Positions 1 through 9,099 of a DNA stretch of 22,229 nt are shown here, one piece after another. A model generated the notes under the pieces. That model had not been told where the DNA came from, did no database searches, and saw only the letters and a list, made by a program, of their open reading frames with translations. Positions within the stretch are counted from its first letter, which is position 1. Each line of letters opens with the position of its first letter. Made by a program: the position numbers and the translations under genes. This DNA comes from Octopus sinensis (taxonomy: Eukaryota), in NCBI RefSeq assembly GCF_006345805.1, contig NW_021836978.1, positions 1-22,229 of the forward strand. Reading direction: 5' to 3'.

Positions 1-260
1 GATGTCTTACTAATCTCATCTATAAGACGTTACAAAGAAAATATACTTATATCTAAAAAAAACAAATGGGAATTGAATTTTACTTAAAAAAATTGAGATT
101 TTTTTTTATTTTCTTTAAATTTAAAAAAATTATGCTAACTGAAGATAAATTAAAGTAGTTTCTATGTAAAATTATCGATTTGATTCTCTAATTGGCCATT
201 TCTCAAATTGGCCAACAAAATTGAAGGAACCAAAAATGGCCAGTTTGAGAGGGTTGAGTG
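1..260. mobile_element. Probable right end of a TA-targeting Tc1/mariner-pogo-type DNA transposon or MITE; the left end is outside the window
   Basis: Ends ...GGCCAGTTTGAGAGGGTTGAGTG followed by TA (261-262). The reverse complement CACTCAACCCTCTCAAACTGGCCA resembles pogo/Tigger-type termini, and a TGGCCA-containing motif recurs at about 192-241. The partner TIR is not visible. Confidence 0.35.
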
Positions 261-454
261 TACGTCTGAATTGCGAGATTCAAGCGATTTGGTGAATCAC
301 GTTAGTTAAAACCGAGTATCTAATTACAATTAATTCCCAAATGAAATAAAAACTACAGAACAAATAAAATCTCATTCAAATCGTTTTAGTCTGACTTAAA
401 CATATCGTGCCTGATCTCAAACAGTAAACTAAACATATCAAGACATAATATTTG

Positions 455-1217
455 TCAGGCTCGCCATCCACGTTCAGCAGCTTCACAAACCCGATCACAC
501 ACAGTGGCAGCAGAAAGAGGGAATTCACTAATAGAGATAACACGGTGACAGAGTGAATGAGAAATCTCGAAACTGAGAGCGAACAAAATACAGTGCCATG
601 TGCCATTGCTCCAATAAGAACTGCGAGGGGCTGACAAGTCCTGATGGATGTCAGAAGAGGGGAGAGGTCTGCGTGCAGTTCAGTCGAGTGTACTGATAGG
701 CCGAGAATATAACAATTGGTAGGAAGGTGATCAGTCACTGGATTGCGGATTGCCTGAACATGTCAGACAGATTTACCTTCATTAACTTGCGACCTGAGCC
801 ATTCGCCCGAACACTCAGCTTTGAAAGGAGTTGTACTTAACTAAATTGAGAATTGAGCACCCATTAGTCCAGCAAAGCGAACGAATGTGCGAGGAATACG
901 CATTTGAGGGTCTACTTTGATGAGAACATTGCTCGATGTCATTACATACACTTCCAGACGACCTGCCTTGTTGAGGGGACTATCCAACAACATCATAAGA
1001 CACTATAAATAAAGAAATCAGCCAACTTGGTGGCATATATCTGGTCGGATTTGTAATTTATTCAGTTTCTTCTTTTCGATTAACTTGTGCTTGTCTGCGT
1101 TGAGTAGTTCTTGGTCCTTCCCTTTCTATTTTGCATCACCAATGTCCGTACTTTAGTCAGGATTAAACTGGCTCCTTCCAATATCACTGTTAGCTTATTA
1201 TCCGCAGAATCCGCCAT
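455..1217 (-). CDS. EMG1: Nep1/EMG1 18S rRNA pseudouridine N1-methyltransferase (SPOUT family), about 212 aa, 6 exons
   Basis: Spliced translation: [18 protein letters not shown]...IRPDICHQ|[19 protein letters not shown]...[13 protein letters not shown]|[11 protein letters not shown]...|[11 protein letters not shown]...IGAMAHGT|[23 protein letters not shown], matching Nep1 motifs (RPDIxHQ, DSPLN, RIPRTF, GAxAHG, PLSAA). GT-AG introns at 1126-1151 (26 nt), 1003-1026 (24), 836-860 (25), 754-776 (23) and 566-591 (26). Exons total 639 nt and end in TGA at 455-457. Confidence 0.95.
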
Positions 1218-2128
1218 TCTTTAAATACAAAAACGAAAACACACGTGTTGAGTTTGTTTATTTTATTTAAATAATTTTGCTATATTAAAAGAGTTACAGT
1301 TAAAGATCAAACAAAATTCTTTCAAATTCCAGTTCAGAGCAAACAGAAAGACAAGTCCTTATTATTGCTCAATGTCCTTATGGCTATCTATCTCGATCTA
1401 CCCTAGTATAACTGTGTGAACTGGGATCACTTTTTAAGTCAAATAATTTGTTTAAAACTGTCTACGTCAGTAGTTGATTGATTCGGAAATCCCACTGGTG
1501 GTGAACTTGCGAAATTAATGAATACTTTTGACAGTCTGCTTTCTCGTAGACTACACCAGCTCAGAATAGCCACCTGTAGACTCGTCTTATTCTCGATTTC
1601 TAGCGTTCCTGTTCTGCTGGAAACGAATTCGATAAGAATCCCTGTCTGATGCAGTCTAGTTTGTCGATCACAACCCCAAATATACAAAAGCTACCCAAAA
1701 TTAGACAGTTGATTCAAAAATATACTAATCTATTGTTATTGAGTTAATTGTGCATTGATTTTTGTTTATAATGACCACGGCCCTTCATTCTCATCGCCAC
1801 ATGCTTCAATGCGTTGATTAGTAATCACTCCAATAGTGAATGAGTGCACAGTGAGTGTTTTTATTGTTTATTCAGACTAGCCGGACAGAATATGATCAGA
1901 CATGAATCCTATTTGTAACGAATAATTTGATTTATTTGGTTTATCATTAAATAATAACTGAAATTCCTAAAATTCCTTTAAACCGCACATTCAGATCAAG
2001 TTCCAGTGCCTATTATACTTTCATTGATTGATGTGACTGAAACAGTCTCGTAACCACGACAATCTTATTGCGCATTGCCGCTCTAAGATCATTACAAATG
2101 TTCAAAAATTCGCCATTCACGTTTAAAT

Positions 2129-4959
2129 ATGGTTAAAAAGGTTGTGGCTTACTATTTTAATTACTCAATTGATGACTTTTTTGTACCCTTAGATCTCTCT
2201 TGTTGTCAAAAATGAATCAGTACGGATGGAATTCGCCGTCAAGGTCAATCAACTGGGGCGTAGTGTCGTAGAAATGGCATGTTCTTATTACACATTCCTA
2301 GGTCTGCTCTGCTTTCAACCTCCGTGAGCCATGGTACCTCACTCTCAGCTACCCACAAAAGAACGGAGAAAGCTACTACTACTTGCGAAAGTCAACCAAG
2401 GTCTATTTAGTTGATAAAAGTGAATAGTTGTCCAAACAGCCTCTGGGAAAACTATCCGGGAATGTAGAATGCAATATATGCGTGTATTTGTACCCAGAAA
2501 ACACTGTCACTGGTCTCATCACCCAGTCTATGATTGTAGTCCTTCACAGTTATAGCTAGGACTTATTTTACAACCATGTAAGACGTTTGGTTAGCGAAGG
2601 AGTGCTCTACATTCCTCCAGAGAGGTGTCTGGTGCTGTCCTCGATGGCAGTGCTGAATGACTACGGACTGTACAACTCACTGCGACACAGCGGGGAGTAT
2701 GTTTCCGTGGAGAATTACATTCCCGAGAGGTTCTGGTTTGACGTCATTTCAGAATGTTTGAGCAGTACGACTTGCCCAGAAGTGCTTGGCAGAATAAACT
2801 GGTTTTGTTCCACCAGCAGATCAGCGACGATTAGTAGTTTTGCACTAACTTACGTGCAGTGTCCAGAACGAGCGACAAATAAACCCGGCAGCGGAGTACC
2901 TGAAGTACTGCCAAGACGTAGACATGTTCGGAGTGGAGTACGTGCCCATCGCCAACAAGAACGGCACCAAAATGTATTTGGGACTCACTCCATATGGAAT
3001 GCACGTGTATAACAACGACAACAAGTAGACAAGTCTGTGTATTGTAGAATTGACATTATTGCCACTTTTCCATACGGAGAAGTCAGGTCGGTCACTCGCA
3101 AGAACAGGCGAGTCAAGATTGTCTTCAGTGGGGGGACGTCCTCCGATTCGGTAAGAATGTTGGAGTAAGCAGACCTTCACAATATGGTTGGAGAATGCAG
3201 AGGACGGGACCATGTTGACTGACATGATCATGGAATACCGAACACTCTACATCCAGAACAGGAAGGACGACTCTGAATTTATCAAACTGCTTAAAAAACA
3301 GTCCTATTCAGAAGAGGAGACTCTTCGCAGACAAAAGTAAGAATTCTTTGTGACTGTAGGGAAGTCATGGCACTCAAATACAAGGAGATTACGCAGATGG
3401 AGGATCGGGTCAGACTGATGAGTGCTCAATTGAGCAATTACGAGAATGGGGAGCAATCGGGTAGTGTGTCTCCAATATTCAGACTTATCTGAACTGGGGG
3501 ACCAAATCCAACGACTGTCTGAGCAACTCGAACAGATCACTCTCGAGAAGAGGGAGATGGAGTCTCAGTTGAGTCAGAAAATGACCGGAGACATGGATGC
3601 AACCAATCGTATCCTGGAAGACAAGACAATGCAGATCGAGAGAATGTCCCTTCAATTGGAAAGAGCAAATGAGTTGTTGCGAGCACGTGAATATGGAGAA
3701 CTGTGTGTGAAGTGAATATATTCTTTTAGTGATGTACAGACCCAAGTGATACAACAGGAAATGGAGAGGCAATTGACAGCAGGTGGGTCACTGCAGTCGT
3801 GTTGTAGAACAGAACGTATATGAATCCATTTGCCAGCAGCGAGACCAGTTGCAGGACAAACTCCGCCTCACTCTTGAGCGACAGAGCATAACGGAGAGGG
3901 AGAGGGAGGAGCAGTTGAGGTTGGAAGAGGAGTTGAGGGCGACTGAGCGGAATTTGACTAGCAGTATTCGTTCTGTCCCTCATTCTCAGAGTACGACGAT
4001 GTCACTCCCCAAATCGACACTTTGTCGGTCAAACTACAACTTTTAATTGAAGAGAAGACAGAACTGGAGCGTCTTCTTAGGGACGTGACCAAATCTTCCT
4101 CCGTGGCCTCGGAAGTCCGTCTCATCATGGTTGTGGTCATGTCTGATTATTTTCTTAGGAACAAGACCTTGAAAAGAAGAGGGGTGAGGTGAATAGCATG
4201 CAGAGTCAGATCTCTGACTTGGAAGAAGAGTTGAAGAGAGCAAAGAGGCTGTTGGAGACCACAGAACAAGAAAGGTACAACACGCATGTCATTCCGAGGA
4301 CTAAAACTCGTTTAATGCAACAAGAGCAAATGAACCGAGATATGGAGGAGGCCTCTCGTCTTGAAATGGAGATAAATAGACAGGAGGAACGCATGTCCGA
4401 GGCTAGACGAGAAAATGCACAGGAAATGGAGAAGAGGGCTCAATTGATGAATGATTTGGAGGAAAACAGAACCGCAATGCTCGAACAACTCAGAAATATT
4501 GATGGTACTTTCAGTTTTTCTCTAATTTAGAATCCGAGGCACCAAAATCATGTTCCTCTGCTGACATGATTGAGCAGAATTACGTCCAGTTAGAAGTTGC
4601 CCAAGTTGTAGCAGCAGAGGCTCCAATAAACCGCGTAGAGTCGGACGATGGTGATTGACTTGGGATATGTGTTTTAGTTGAGGTTGTATTTGACGTGGAG
4701 GCAGTTTCTAATCTCCCTCGGTATGAACAAGATAGAGAACCAGCCCAGATAATGGTCAATCGGGAAATGGAGGTTATAACTGTTTAACATTTAGAACTTT
4801 GCTTCTCTCCTGGAAAGGACTAAGATTGGAAGCAAGGAGACTACTAATGACGTGATTTATCGGGCAAACATTCGCCAAGGACGAGACAAGTACAAAACTC
4901 TGCAGATGATTCGTTCCAATAATACTCGCAAGCACATCGAAGCATTCGAGCTTCGTTAG
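2129..4959 (+). CDS. ERM: ERM family protein (ezrin/radixin/moesin orthologue): FERM domain, long coiled coil, C-terminal F-actin-binding tail; about 790 aa, about 17 introns
   Basis: Spliced translation: MVKK|ISLVVKNESVRMEFAVK...|VCSAFNLREPWYLTLSY...YPEN...|DLFYNHVRRLVSEGVLYIPPERCLVLSS...AEYLKYCQDVDMFGVEYVPIANKNGTKMYLGLTPYGMHVY...FPYGEVRSV... It ends NIRQGRDKYKTLQMIRSNNTRKHIEAFELR*, the ERM C-terminal signature that separates it from merlin. Introns include 2141-2192, 2277-2301 (GC-AG), 2401-2427, 2536-2559, 2730-2752, 2834-2859, 3025-3047, 3151-3172, 3337-3359 and 3783-3807. Two donors in the coiled-coil region (about 3703-3712 and 4115-4136) are ambiguous. Confidence 0.95.
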
Positions 4960-4984
4960 TTAGTTTTCATTTACGGACTTTCTT

Positions 4985-4990
4985 AATAAA
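4985..4990 (+). terminator. Putative polyadenylation signal of the ERM gene
   Basis: AATAAA 25 nt downstream of the ERM stop codon. Confidence 0.55.
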
Positions 4991-5689
4991 CTAATCAATT
5001 TCTGAAGTAATGTGACAGAACAAGGAGTGTTCCAATTCATAACAGGTGATCTTGTGATAATCAACAATGGTGGCCGATTTTCTCAGTGTTAGTGATAGAT
5101 CATTTAATCTATACCATTTTCAGTTCAATTCTGACAATGCGATATTCAAATTTGACACTTTTGCATTAGTTTTGACATTTTTATGTTAATTTTGACCTCC
5201 GATTTGTCATTTATTTTATATTTTCTGATAGGCTGTTCTTGTACGAATTTTTCATTTGAGAGTCTTGAAATAAATCGACTAGAGGCTGTTATTAATGAAA
5301 TAATTTTTTTTGCAAAAAATATACAAAGAAGAAAAGTTTAATTTAGATTAGTCACCGAGCTGATGGACAGGAAATTTCCACGTAATACCGCGAGCGATAT
5401 CCGTTAAAAAAGCCAGTGGGACTAAGCAACAAGTGTCGACTATAAAAGCATACTTTGCAATTTTCTTACTTGCCAAGTTTGGTTTGACACAGTTTTGCCA
5501 CGTTTGGTTGCTAATTGAGTGTCTTGAAGCTTTAGGATGATACTGATTTCGTCTTAATTTTTAAATTTTGTATGTATTTCCATGAGTTTAATCCTGTGAA
5601 CTGAATCGAATGGTCTGGACATGTCAATTCCGAGTATTTCGGTGCATTGTTTGTATTTTTGACATAAGACGACTGTTCATCTATGATAA

Positions 5690-5880
5690 CATCAGCAGTG
5701 GATCTTTCAGTTCTGAACCCACTTTGCCTCGACAAAAGAAAATTTTCCACTTTAGTTCTTGTCCTCTTTAATGATCAGCGACAGTCTTTTTCGGAGCGTC
5801 GCTAGTAGGATAATAGGTTTTAATTTGGGTAGGGGATCTTTTTGTTTTCAGAGTTTCTGCAGTAGAAACTGTCAGATGTC
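5690..5880 (-). mobile_element. Non-LTR retrotransposon reverse transcriptase fragment (degraded)
   Basis: The minus strand gives LQKL*KQKDPLPKLKPIILLATLRKRLSL..., then ENFLLSRQSGFRTERSTAD in another frame, i.e. the RPIxLL...RK and QxGFRxxRSTxD motifs of LINE RT. Boundaries are approximate. Confidence 0.55.
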
Positions 5881-6099
5881 CCTATTCGTCATCACCCAAA
5901 AAAGATTTAAATAAAATCGGGTATGTTCTGCTGCCTAATTATATGGATCATTGATATACAGGTTACGATTATGAAATCCCATGACCCGACCGGTTTAAAA
6001 AAACCCTCCAAACTTCTTCACCATTATTAACCCTGAGTATTCGGTCGGTAAAAACCATTGATGGCTTAAAAATATTTGCTATTCTCTTTTATCTGTCTG

Positions 6100-7250
6100 T
6101 CTTCTAACTAAAGCTTATACAGTTCGCCGTAGAAGAGGGAAAGTTCAAAACTGCACAAGAAAAATTTTAAATTCTGGAAACTTTAACCGGGACGGAGGCA
6201 AAGGGAGAAGAAATCATACTTAAATGGGTAGATGGAGCCTTTGTTCATACTGAGGAAGTCCTGGAGGTTTTACGCCAGCAGCTAGCAGTGATTCAGAAGG
6301 TGGACCCTTCGTTAATGTTTCTTCGGGATATATTTGAGAAGTTGACTCTTAATTCCCGCTTGAAATATGTATTTGATGAACCCTTGTGCAGAGAAATAAC
6401 CATAGAAGATACGATCGAAACAATCAGAGGTTGTAAGAATAATCCACATGGGTTTGACTTCATCCCCATGGGGGGCACCAGAATGCCTGGTTCGAATCCT
6501 TGGGACAATGGTCATATCCCAGCTGACTGGAAACGGACAATCGTCCAAATGATCCCAAAACTTGGAAAACCAAATACGCAGAAAGCTATAGCTCAATTAG
6601 TCATATCTGCACAACTTCGAAGATAATAGAACAAATTGTTTTCAATCGTTTATCGGCTTACGTTGAGCAAAATAATATACTCGTGGAAGAACAGTGGGAT
6701 TTAGACCTGGTAGATGAACCGGTCACTGTTTCTCGCTTCTTAAGAAAAAACTGTTTCGGGGCAAGCTCTATAAAGCTTGCCTAACGGCAGCTTTCTTGGA
6801 TGTCTGCAAGGCTTTTGACAGTGTCTGACACTTTGGGTTGTTAGAGAAAGTGGCAAAATCGGGTGCTGGGCTGAAAATTGTCAGATGGCTATAGAGTTTT
6901 TTATGCGATAGAAAATAGTTCGTGAGTTGTGGAAATTAGCTATTGAAAGCCGCAAATCTGAGGAGAGGGATTCCCAAGGGATCAGTTATCAGCCCATTGC
7001 TTTTCGATATATTCCTGGCTGACGTCCCGAAATCGAATTTTATTACGAACAGACTGATTAGAAATCTGGTTAATGGTAAAGGCTTGAATCTCGCACGGGA
7101 CAAAAGCACTATTTGTTGGATTTCGACGGTTCGTGACAAAAAACCGACTTTTAAGGATTATGGGAACCTGGTCGAAGAACCTACGCTATTTGAGAGTAAC
7201 AGTAGACACCACCGGATCCTTCAAACTACATGTGGACACAAAGCGTAAAC
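6100..7250 (+). mobile_element. Degraded LINE (Jockey/I-group-like) reverse transcriptase region
   Basis: In shifting frames: EITIEDTIETI...GFDFIP, IPADWKRTIVQMIPKLGKP, KIIEQIVFNRL, FLDVCKAFDSV, GIPKGSVISPLLFDIFLADVP. Many stops and frameshifts; ends not resolved. Confidence 0.75.
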
Positions 7251-7949
7251 AATGTGGAAGATCATTAAAAGGACTGAAGCGTTTTTCTTTTTTCTTGATA
7301 GAATGTCAATTTTTTGTCATATAGACGGCCTTTTTGGCTTTCTTGAACCATCTTTTAGCAACGAATGTGCAATGTTTTTAATTCAGTTCGAGATTAAAGT
7401 CCGATCATCAGGTGGATATTCGGGATTATTTTGAAACAAATGTGTCGACTTTCTTACTGAATTAATTGCGCGTAGCATCATTTGTAAGTAAATGTTCTAC
7501 TGCCAATTTTCCAAAAGAGTGTTTTTTGTTTTTTCTTTTAATCACATTCTGACGTAAATGAAGTTTAAATCGAGAGAAAGCAGCTTTGTGGTCATTCTAT
7601 ACAAGTGTGACTATATAATATCGTGAGTCCATCAGCATGCTTTTGAGATTATCAGATGATGTAATCAATTTGATTGTAAATAGGTACACTCTCTCCATTC
7701 TGATTCTGTCTGCCCCGCCACGTCGTCATATATCTTGCCGGATGTTTGAATGCCATGTTGCACAAAAAAAGATCACATGCACTGAAGAAGTCTATTAAAG
7801 CTGCGCCATTCAAGTTCTCTGTTCCTCTACTATGAGTTTCATAAAATTTTCATCTTTACGAGTGTTCCCACTTTTGTATTCCAGTCGCCTGCAAGGAAAG
7901 TGAGTGGAGAAGCGCATATATTGCCTATGGTCATGGCTAAATTCGAGTT

Positions 7950-8310
7950 GAAATTTTCAACTTCTTCAGGACGTGTTATTCATATAACTATTGTTAGTGC
8001 ATATGCGTCAAAAGCGTTTTCCCCAGCATTAGCTGTAAAACTGATCCGCAGTTGTGAATTGAGTTGGCATAGCGCTTATTAATTGAAAATACATGTCCAT
8101 AGGTCTAAATTCCCGTTTTAGTAAGATAATCCTATATGATCCAACAATATCATCTGAATCCTTGTTGAGCTTAGTTTCTTGAAGATAAGCTACTAAATCT
8201 CCACAATGAATAAGGTCCTCAGACAATTGTGTTCCTTGTACTGAAGAAGAATTTCCTCTGAAATTAAACTTCATAAATAGGAACCCTCCAGGAAGTGTAT
8301 TAAACATTAG
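7950..8310. mobile_element. Short AP-endonuclease-like remnants of non-LTR elements on both strands
   Basis: Plus strand HITIVSAYA (cf. ITIVSAYAP of RTE-type APE) at about 7980-8010; minus strand VAYLQETKL (cf. LQETK) at about 8170-8200. The matches are short. Confidence 0.35.
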
Positions 8311-8605
8311 TACAAGAGAAGGACGTCACCACCTCAACCAAAAAGATCTCCGCTAATATTCTCTCGTTAAAATGTAAAGGGAAACGTTTTAAGGACCTAT
8401 TCATGTGAATCAAGGACATATTTCTTGTTCATTTTAACCAAAGTGCAAAAAATATTTTTGGCGGGAAGGTTTTAAGGACCTCGTTATTGAGGATATTCTT
8501 GATATGTTAGATTGTTGGATGGAAGGTTTTTGGAAGACATCATTTTGTACATATTCCCATTAATAAAGGGGAAAGATTTTCTGAATTTATCTGTATTTTT
8601 CTAAT

Positions 8606-9050
8606 TTAAAGTTGGTTAAGGCATTCCTTGTCCACCAGGTTCCCGATGGAAGGGAGGGGGAGAGCTTTTAACCAGACACCGCTGCCTTCGCAGCGACCTG
8701 CACAAAGGCAAGCGACACGGTGTTGATTGGAGACAGGAAGGAGGCCTTCGAAAATTGCCTGAAAAGAGATTTCGTCCCATTGACGCTGTACAGATTGAGA
8801 ATTAGGCAGCTTCGAACCAAACCGAGCCTCCCACCGACCACGGGCTGCAGAGTAATCTTCAGACAATTTCCGTTCGGGGAGGTTTCTAAGAATCTGAGAG
8901 AGTACGAGAAGCATAGTGGGCGGATAGGAATGCGGGGAGGGCAAGATCGGAATAAGATCTCAAGGCAAGGCCGCCCAGCGCACAGGCAGGGATGCCTGAG
9001 TCCAGCCTGGATCGTCGAAAGCCAGATTGCAAAGAGAGCTCGTACCGAGC
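8606..9050 (-). mobile_element. Fragment of an RLE-type (CRE-like) non-LTR retrotransposon, post-RT region
   Basis: QSVQRQWDEI...ACLCAGRCEGSGVWLKALPLPSIGNLVD resembles the Q..WD and SGAWLxALP...G motifs of CRE-like elements; IQAGLRHP resembles GGLGxP. No RT core or nuclease motif is retained. Confidence 0.5.
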
Positions 9051-9057
9051 CATACAA

Positions 9058-9063
9058 TTTATT
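9058..9063 (-). terminator. Putative polyadenylation signal of AP3D1
   Basis: AATAAA on the minus strand about 40 nt after the inferred AP3D1 stop codon. Confidence 0.45.
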
Positions 9064-9099
9064 ATTAAGATTTAAAATAATATTAGTCACTCCTATAAC

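Noticed and set aside
376-738. 120-aa ORF with a hydrophobic C-terminus, suggesting a membrane protein
   Set aside because: It is EMG1 exon 5 read through the 26-nt intron at 566-591 into the wrong frame; the true C-terminus lies in the 455-565 frame.
2845-4394. Several minus-strand ORFs opposite the ERM gene
   Set aside because: They are antisense shadows of the coiled-coil-rich ERM exons and show no independent motifs.
455-4959. Ciliate or nucleomorph origin, or a variant genetic code, given the tiny introns
   Set aside because: TGA (EMG1) and TAG (ERM) end the proteins at the expected positions, and an ERM with animal-like exon structure indicates a holozoan, most likely animal, host.
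4991-5119. Minus-strand 42-aa frame KWYRLNDLSLTL..., resembling a USP WYxFND box or a displaced AP3D1 ear exon
   Set aside because: The match is too short, there is a stop immediately upstream, I found no supporting exons, and it does not resemble the delta ear as I recall it.
7290-7430. Minus-strand IAHSLLKDGSRKPKRPS, resembling a piggyBac C-terminal segment
   Set aside because: There is no DDD core, Cys-rich tail, TTAA-flanked TIR or second motif.
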